Shown piece by piece: positions 55,503 through 63,315 of a DNA stretch of 63,315 nt. Positions within the stretch are counted from its first letter, which is position 1. Every line of letters begins with the position of its first letter. The notes beneath the pieces are model-generated. The model had not been told where the DNA came from and made no database searches. It worked only from the letters and a program-made list of their open reading frames with translations. The DNA comes from Seison nebaliae (taxonomy: Eukaryota): assembly GCA_023231475.1 (NCBI GenBank), contig JALJEE010002763.1, positions 1-63,315 of the forward strand, given 5' to 3'. Made by a program: the position numbers and the translations under genes.

Positions 55503-56839
55503 CTTGTTGTTGTTGTTGTTGTTGTTGAGGATTGTTATCAATTAGAATAAGAAAAGTTGAACAATTTATAAAAGTTTCGAACTATTATTTTATGTTTTTT
55601 ACAAAATTGGTGAAGAGACTGATCAAACGATTCGTTCTATCCTGTTCAATCACAATCACATCAACATCGTTTCTGAAGGGAGAAAATAAAATGGATTTAT
55701 CTAATGATAGATAAAGATAGACAAATTAAATGAAGGAAATTCATTAATTTCCATATTTTCCATTTAATTGAAAAAAAAATAGAAAAATCGAAAGAAGAAA
55801 ATAAAATTTATTTTTTCCCCTAATAAAACTCTTCTCATTCTCTTCTCAATCCGTTTATCTACTTCTCATCGGTCAGATCATTCTCTTAACTTTCACTTTT
55901 ATTTTTTCGAAGAAAAATTAATGAGAATCAGAACAATAAAGAAATTTTATTATTTTCCAAATAATTATTTGTCGATTTCCTTCTATCTCTTTCACTCATT
56001 CAAAATCGATCAATTTTCTACCTATTCTCCTTCTCCTCTCCCTTCTCTCCATTTCCCAAAAAAGAGCTATCCATCTCCCTCAAATTTTAGTGATGATGAT
56101 TGGTGGCAACGGTGGTGAATTGGAGAAGAAGAGAGAAATATTTATTTCTTTTTACGACAGATATCAATAACTAACTCTCGTTCTTCTTTTTCCTAAAAGA
56201 ACACAAACAGATCTTATTCGTCTCATCACATGATCCATTGAGACCACATATCCATTCCACATATTCCACAATCTCACACAATTATACTTTTATTAGTGAA
56301 TGAATAAAAGAATGGATAGATGTATGGATAGATGGATGGAGAATAAATTTAATAGATCGATACATTTATAGATGAGGCATCGAATGAGAACGATATAATT
56401 AATAGGCACGTCGAAGAAAAATTATGTTGTGGGAGAAAAGCTTACGTATACGAAACTTAGGAAATTTCGAGGATGTCATATGAATCATCATCTTTCGAAG
56501 AAAGAAGACAATACGATGGGAACGAATGTTGTTGACAATGGCAATCTATTACATGAGAACTCACACATCTCGTCTGTGAGCATGGAAATAAATAGAAAAT
56601 TTTAATTATTTCATATTTACTCTCTCGTCTACACTTACATATATATTGAACGCCTTCAATATTTCTTATGAAGAAACAGAAGGAAAAGAAAATTTCTTAT
56701 TCTATTATGTATGTGTACATATATGTCTATACATACGTATGTCAATACATTGCTATTCATACAACACATATGAACTACATGTCGACATATGAACATCATT
56801 CCGAATTATATCAAATCTCTTCTCAATTATTTCTCCTAC

Positions 56840-57012
56840 CTCTCTCTCACACACACACACACATTCACATACACACATATTCATTCACATCTACACAATA
56901 TTATTTTGTTGTTGTATGTTACAATTGAAAACCGACAAATTCTATATAATAAACATGATGATGATGATCATCATCATCATGATAATAATAATGATTATTA
57001 TTATTATTATTA
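56840..57012. repeat. Microsatellite cluster: (CT)n(CA)n and (GAT/CAT/AAT/TAT)n
   Basis: Short tandem repeats visible directly in intergenic DNA. Confidence 0.8.
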
Positions 57013-57931
57013 ATATCGCCAATACCATCATCATCAAAGGGAAGTATAATATGAGAAATAAATGATGTTGAAATATTTAAAATTGTTGATGATTTGGTTG
57101 GACGGCACATGTGGTGTTAGGAAGACCTCTCAAAAATTTTGTCGACATTTATTTGCATAATGACAATGGTTGTCTATCTTTCTTTTTTTGTACTTGTTAA
57201 AAATGAAAATAATAGATGAATAATTAACTTCTCCACAATTCCAAAGGAAACTACATGGTCAACTCACGCCGTCTTATCTTTAGGAGCACAAGAAATATTA
57301 ATTAGATTAGTCAAAATGGAATAATAGAAGAATCAGGACATTTTCATTATGAATCGTTTTAGGCAAATCGAACGAGTTAACACTCATGAATGTTCTTCAG
57401 TTATCTTCTAAACCGTTAACTAACATTATGTCATGAGAGAAAATGATGTTTTAAATTTTATTAGACTAAAAATATTCACTTCTCCTTCAACTGAAGAGAA
57501 CTGATGTTCATCATGGTGATGACATATTTGAATAATTGAAATTTATTTTTTCAATTTTTTATTTTTTTTATGATTGTCAATCTTCTCCGCATTTCATATT
57601 AATTGTTCAATAAAGAAAGTTTCAATCAAAAACTTCCTTCGTTATACTTATTTAGAGCGATTTCAAAAGATTAAACGAAATTTCTTTCGATTTGTTTCAC
57701 CCAAACTGAACTAATTAACTGCAATTTGGGAATGAGTAAAAATATCGAGAAAATTGAAAAGATGGCTTGTAATTGTTGAAAAAAGAAAGGAAATTAATCG
57801 AATATGTCCAATGAATTTGCATGAATAAACAAATCATTCGATTCTGATACATTCGACAAATGTAAACAACGATGAGGACAATGAATGATTTTTTGTGATA
57901 AATTCATTCTTCATTTCACACAAACTCCAAC

Positions 57932-58905
57932 ATGGAACGACAATATGATTCATATGATCAATCCTTCTTCGCCAAACTAACTCTCACACTGCACCGACGA
58001 AGATGTGCAATTTTATTTTACGGATCCTTCCTCACTCTATTGTGTTCACTTATACTCCTCATTCTGCCCACTCTCAACTATTGGGATCTGATCGAAGATG
58101 ATATGAATTATTTGAATTTAAAATTCTTATTTATATACTTCCCAATTGGATTGTTCAAACTTCTCATTTGTATTGTCGTACTGATTCTGGTCTATGTCTT
58201 ATACGCTTTCTATATTATCGCTCGTTTCTTCATCGCAAAAATCAAAAGTCGATTATCCAATTCATTGAAAGGCGACAACAGTTCCCCATCAATTCGATTA
58301 ATTCATTCGCTCTCAATTCAATCAATTATCTTTTTTCTGATGAGTATATTATTCGAATTGTTCATATGTTCGATGCTGCTTCATAACACGTTGGTGAGCG
58401 ACGAACATGTCCACAAAATATTCCATGATTCATTAACACAATCTGATGATGTGTCTACCATTCGTCGTGTCCATCAAATGTATCGATGTTGTGGTTCGAA
58501 TAATATCACTGATATTCTCGTCTCATCTGAATTGAATGCAACTTATTTAAGTTCGTGTAAAATTTTATATTCAGGAAAACTGAATTGTATCGATGTCCAT
58601 CCATCATGTTATCATTATGATGGTTGTTCTGACATTTTGTCAAATGGAATTTTGAAAAAAACTTTCATCTCCTTTCTAGTGATCATGTCATGTCACTTAT
58701 TATTTATGGTTAGTTTTATTTTCCAGATTTCCATGTCTATATTCCGTTTGTTTAAAGTTGACAGTTATCATGCCGATCATGGTTTATGTGTGGAAGCGAA
58801 CGAAAAACAATTGTTCAAAACAGTTTCACTTTTAATTTGGAATTTACAATTATGAATTTAATTAAAATTTTTCTTTTTCAGAAATCGTCCTCGAACTTCA
58901 TGTGA
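57932..58905 (+). CDS. Tetraspanin-like protein
   Basis: Four hydrophobic segments and a large loop with YRCCG plus further Cys, including GC before TM4. Terminal intron 58823-58881. Confidence 0.7.
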
Positions 58906-59145
58906 GATGAAAGATTCACAAAAACTTCTCACTCAAAAATATAACAATTAATTTTTCCAAACAATATCTCATTCCTATTTTCGTTTTCTGTTTAATTTTA
59001 TTTCATCTTGTTCATTTAAAAATTGTCAATCGAATTCCGGAAAAACATTCATAAAAATTTATTTTATATAATTAAAATATAATTTAGTGTTGATAATAAA
59101 ATTGTGAATTTTGTGCAAATGAGAATAAAAAGTTTGTTCAAAATG

Positions 59146-61821
59146 TTAACGATGTGTCGGTTCTCTGGGAATGAGAGGCATTAATCGATAGAGACGTCGA
59201 TTTCTCGCAATTCGAGCACTGATCAATTCACGTTCCAATGTGATTTGCCTTCTCGTTTGTTGATAGTATTTGGCATTCCTCTTTTGTTGCCAATGAGTAT
59301 TGAGAACGTAGAGACCGAATAATGGAGAAACAGTCAGCAGTAAGGCTGTGAGACAAGCAGATGATACAATGACCAATGAACCGAGAACAGGAAAGAAAAT
59401 AATTTTACAAGTCAATAATCCTCCACGAGCTAATCGACGTTGATGTGCATTTCCTGATTGATAAAGATATTTACATCCGAGTACACTCATCTCATTACTA
59501 TGATCTCCAATAAACGGAATTCTCCGATATCGACCACCACATCGATAACAGAATGCTGTGTGACAGAATGGACATGTCATATGATTACAACCTTCTTCCC
59601 GCTGTATATATACTTGACATTTGGGACACATTTGAGCATTCCGTCGTCCGTAATGATGTTCTTTCGCCCAACATTTTAAAAGTTGATCGCCTCTTGAGAA
59701 ATCTTCACACGTAATATTCTGATGCCATGGTGCATGACAATTGAAACACCAGATAATTGAACATTCGGGACATTGAACTTTCATCGGAATTTTTTGACGA
59801 CGCTTTTTATTGATCAGATCTCGATTTAAATGTAAAACGAATGAACATTGAGGACACGTTCTCGCTCGGGGATTATTCGTCGTGAAATCGATGAGACGTC
59901 GATAAAATTTCAGTTTTAACTCTGTTGTTAATAATCGCTGCATGATTTGTTCTCGCGACATATAAACGTTACACATAGGACATTCAATTCGTACTTTCCC
60001 ACTCTTGATCTCATCCTCAACATAAATCGTTAAACAATTCTCACAAACTGGCAATTCGCAACAGTCACGTCTTGCCACGTCGTCTCTCTGACTGTAACAA
60101 ATATGACATTCGGTCGGTTGAATAGCAAGAGACACATGATGACATGACGTGATGAAACGACTTGATTGTTGTGATGTCGAATGACTATCGTTGATGGTGG
60201 AATTGGGATTCTTTATTTGTAACAATTGTTGTTGTTGTTTCGTTAGAGATGTGACAGAAGATGTATCACTTTTGAATTGTTGAGTTTGTTGAGATAATCG
60301 ATTCTTCTCATCGAAGAATTCGCTACAATTTAACGATTGTATCGTTCCGTTATTTGTGATTGTCGATGTTAAGTTGTCAGATGGAGTGATGGAACAATCA
60401 GAAACATCTGATAATTCTAATGGTTTCTTCTCATTTCCCGTCTTCTCATCACTCTCCAATTGACGTTGTTTTTGCTGCTTCTTCGCTAATAATAATTTTG
60501 AAGTATCCGTATCGTTACATGTCGGATAATTGATACTCTCATTGTTATTACGACGACGAGCGTCATATTGGAGCCGACAACGATTTTTTGAATTAACAGA
60601 AAAGATTGAAAATGGATCGTTGATGAAAGATCGAAATCGATTGCTCAATTGTTGAGTATATTTCTCTTTCTTAATCAGAGAACAATCGTCTTCCAATTGT
60701 TGTCTCTGTTGACGACGTAACAATTTTAAACGACGTTCACGTTGTTGATGTTGATGACGATAAACAACGAACCGTTTCTTATAATTACATAGACAATTCC
60801 ACAAATTTGGTTGATGGAAATCGTCAACTGGAGTTCCCACCGTATTATACATAAATTGAGTTCTGGATTGATGTCGTTTATCAGCCGAATTTTCTTTAAT
60901 TCGACTCACTCGCACATTGTTCGTGCCGATGACCGCGAAATTCTTCTCCATTCGACTTCGCACCACCAACTCCTTTCCAACTAACAGATTTCTTATTTTA
61001 TTCGTTTGATGCAACATAAATTTCGTGTTAATTAAATTATTGTTATTATTCGATGAATTTATCGGTATTGTACTTATTGGATTAGTGATGACAGATGTGG
61101 TTGTAGTTGCAACACATGTCGATGTTGTACTAATCGATTCGATTGTCGTTAATTTATTTTCAGGATGGATCAAATGATCCATATTAGAATTCATATTCCC
61201 ATGATCTTTCACATTATCCATATTATTAGTTTTCGTATTACTATTATTATTATTGTTGTTGTTGTTATTAATGATGTTTTGAGTTAATGGTTGATTGAAT
61301 GATGAAGAAATGGAAGCGGTCGGATAATAACGAGAAAATGAATGGGATGACGTTGAAATGGTATTCATTTGATGTTTATCAACAGATATGGTAGTTGTGG
61401 GAGGACATGGAATACAATCAATCACTTTCCCATATTCCTTCTCCATCGATACAATGGTTGGAGCGGTAGTAGTACAAGTCGTAGACGTTGTGAATAAAGT
61501 AGCTCCGAACAAATCTTGTCGATGACGAAATTCGAATTTGGGAGGTTGAATTCCACTATTGTTGTTTGCGCGCAATATGATCTTGTTCCCGGCTGATGAT
61601 GATCGTTTGGGCGCATGTTGGAATTTCAATATGGAATTGGATGCAATCGGCAAATATTCATTCGTTACCAGATGTTGGACATCGTTCGTCTTATTCTCGA
61701 ATAATTCTTCTACAAACTCATTCGATAACAAATGAATTATATGACTGAATGTTCCATTGATTGACTGATTGGAAATTATGTTCGAATGATTATTGTTATT
61801 GTTACTCTTGACAATCGGCAT
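59146..61821 (-). CDS. RNF217: RBR E3 ubiquitin ligase, RNF217-like, single exon
   Basis: RING1 (CHIC...CC...VCENC...CPMC), IBR (CPQC...CPEC..WCFNCHAPWH...C), RING2 (CPKC...EGCNHMTCPFC..FCYRCG), 'GDHSNEMSVLGCKY' and a C-terminal TM. Long N/Q/T-rich N-terminus. Confidence 0.88.
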   Translation of the reverse strand: MPIVKSNNNNNHSNIISNQSINGTFSHIIHLLSNEFVEELFENKTNDVQHLVTNEYLPIASNSILKFQHAPKRSSSAGNKIILRANNNSGIQPPKFEFRHRQDLFGATLFTTSTTCTTTAPTIVSMEKEYGKVIDCIPCPPTTTISVDKHQMNTISTSSHSFSRYYPTASISSSFNQPLTQNIINNNNNNNNNSNTKTNNMDNVKDHGNMNSNMDHLIHPENKLTTIESISTTSTCVATTTTSVITNPISTIPINSSNNNNNLINTKFMLHQTNKIRNLLVGKELVVRSRMEKNFAVIGTNNVRVSRIKENSADKRHQSRTQFMYNTVGTPVDDFHQPNLWNCLCNYKKRFVVYRHQHQQRERRLKLLRRQQRQQLEDDCSLIKKEKYTQQLSNRFRSFINDPFSIFSVNSKNRCRLQYDARRRNNNESINYPTCNDTDTSKLLLAKKQQKQRQLESDEKTGNEKKPLELSDVSDCSITPSDNLTSTITNNGTIQSLNCSEFFDEKNRLSQQTQQFKSDTSSVTSLTKQQQQLLQIKNPNSTINDSHSTSQQSSRFITSCHHVSLAIQPTECHICYSQRDDVARRDCCELPVCENCLTIYVEDEIKSGKVRIECPMCNVYMSREQIMQRLLTTELKLKFYRRLIDFTTNNPRARTCPQCSFVLHLNRDLINKKRRQKIPMKVQCPECSIIWCFNCHAPWHQNITCEDFSRGDQLLKCWAKEHHYGRRNAQMCPKCQVYIQREEGCNHMTCPFCHTAFCYRCGGRYRRIPFIGDHSNEMSVLGCKYLYQSGNAHQRRLARGGLLTCKIIFFPVLGSLVIVSSACLTALLLTVSPLFGLYVLNTHWQQKRNAKYYQQTRRQITLERELISARIARNRRLYRLMPLIPREPTHR

Positions 61822-62873
61822 CCTTCTTCTACTATCTACCCAATCTCTTCACTTCTTCATGGCCTTTATCATGAAGATGATTTAAACAATATATTCATTT
61901 AAATTCTGAAAAATTTGAATTATGATAAGAAAAAGTTAAAAAGAATTTTCACTTATTGGATTTGTCATAAATGAGAAGAATACATTTATTACATTATTAC
62001 AATGTATACTAAAGAAATTATAATTCTATAAATCAATAATGGATTGAAATCGAAATATTCTCCCCAATAAATTTTGAGATGACACAATGACAAAAATGAC
62101 AAAATTATAACACAGAACAAAATAATTTTTATATTCAACAATATCTGAGAAAAGCAAAACAATGTCTCCTACGTTTTTTCTTGTATTCACAAGAGTTATT
62201 TCATTTCAATTCTCCATAATGATTGTTCGTTTCTCTTCTCTTCCTCTTCTGTATTGGTGATGAACATGCATAAAATAATTCCAATTTTTTTCTTATGTGT
62301 CTATTGAACATGCATGCACAATTTTACATAACTTCAAGTGTTTTTTTCATCATAGTCATACATAAACTATTATATCTCAGTTTTCTGATAATGCTTTTTC
62401 ATTACTCCGTTTTACATTCTCCATTTTCTTCTCACAAACATTCCTTTAGCTTCTTTTCAATCTGAAATTTTAGCCGGTATATACTGATATTATTTAAGAA
62501 AGAATTATGGATTTACCAGAAACAATTTTTTATCATCTCGTCTTATTATACATGAATGTGGTCTGTATAGTTTTTTTAAGTTCTCGTCATTATTACAAAA
62601 TTTTCCGTTTATCGATCCGGCAACATCGTTTCGAGAAAAACTTTATTTTTTGAAAGTCGAAATATTGCTGTTTTGGGAAACTTTTAGAAATTTTCGATCA
62701 GATTATCATTTTATTATCTGTTTCATATATTTGCAAAGATTTCCTTCACAATTCGTTTTCAGTTCTATCTCTCCAGATTTCGTTTTCTTCAAGGAACAAT
62801 TTGTGATCATGTGATCTTGGAAGATAATGTAATGAGTAGCGCAGTTGACATTGGACTTCATGTTCATATCGGG

Positions 62874-63027
62874 ATGAATTCTGTAATTGTTTATATCAGT
62901 TTTCTATTAATACTATTCGTTTCAATCGATAATGTAGAGAGTCGTTATGTAATTAATGAATGTTCCATTATTCTCTCAAATACCGTAATACCGTACCAGA
63001 AATATTCCATATTTCCAGGAAATCCTG
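62874..63027 (+). CDS. Possible first exon of a secreted protein, continuing beyond the window
   Basis: MNSVIVYISFLLILFVSIDNVES resembles a signal peptide, and the frame ends at G|GTTAAG (63028), matching the local donor pattern. No homology is recognised. Confidence 0.3.
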
Positions 63028-63183
63028 GTTAAGATTTTTGAGGTTGGGTTCTTTCAATAAATTTTGAACTTATTTTTTACTCATTTTATCGTGATGAATT
63101 ATCCTTTTCTTATTTACGCTTGCGAAATGCTTAAAATGATATTGATGATGAGCATATTTTTAAAGATATATCACACTGGTGAC

Positions 63184-63289
63184 CGGTGATTTCGTCACCG
63201 TATGTTTTTAAGTGAAAATCGGTGATTTCGTCACCCACAAAACGGTGATTTCGTCACCGTTTTTAGAGTATTTCGGTGATTTCGTCACC
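63184..63289. repeat. Four identical 16-nt palindromic repeats CGGTGATTTCGTCACC with unique spacers, probably subterminal repeats of a DNA transposon/MITE
   Basis: Copies at 63184-63199, 63220-63235, 63243-63258 and 63274-63289, with spacers of 20, 7 and 15 nt. Confidence 0.85.
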
Positions 63290-63315
63290 CTGGAAAAATT
63301 TGTGAACCTAAATTT

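Noticed and set aside
63184..63289. CRISPR array
   Set aside because: The repeats are only 16 nt, the spacers are 7-20 nt and unequal, the context is eukaryotic and intron-rich, and there are no cas genes.

Overview
AT-rich, gene-dense eukaryotic DNA from an invertebrate animal, most likely a protostome/spiralian with a compact genome. The exact taxon cannot be established from sequence alone. By joining reading frames by hand I reconstruct about 15 protein-coding genes: prohormone convertase 2, a sex-peptide-receptor-like GPCR, a GXYLT-like GT8 with signal peptide and KDEL, a stand-alone FolD/MTHFD domain, two tandem Hillarin paralogues, Otx, TRAPPC4, SUB1/PC4, a claudin-like protein, LIS1, a C-type lectin, an OSR1/SPAK kinase, a tetraspanin-like protein and an RNF217-like RBR ligase. 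There is also a decayed LINE RT fragment and a palindromic repeat cluster at the right edge. The standout signal is the splicing grammar. About 65 of about 69 reconstructed introns begin with GTT (T at +3), with no conservation at +4 to +6. Most are 42-60 nt long, AAG acceptors are common, and textbook GTAAGA/GTATGT sites lying in exons or overlapping the real donor appear not to be used. This suggests a spliceosome with altered 5' splice-site recognition. The second notable feature is a pair of duplicated, mutually exclusive terminal exons for the OSR1/SPAK CCT docking domain. All gene models are manual and lack transcript support.
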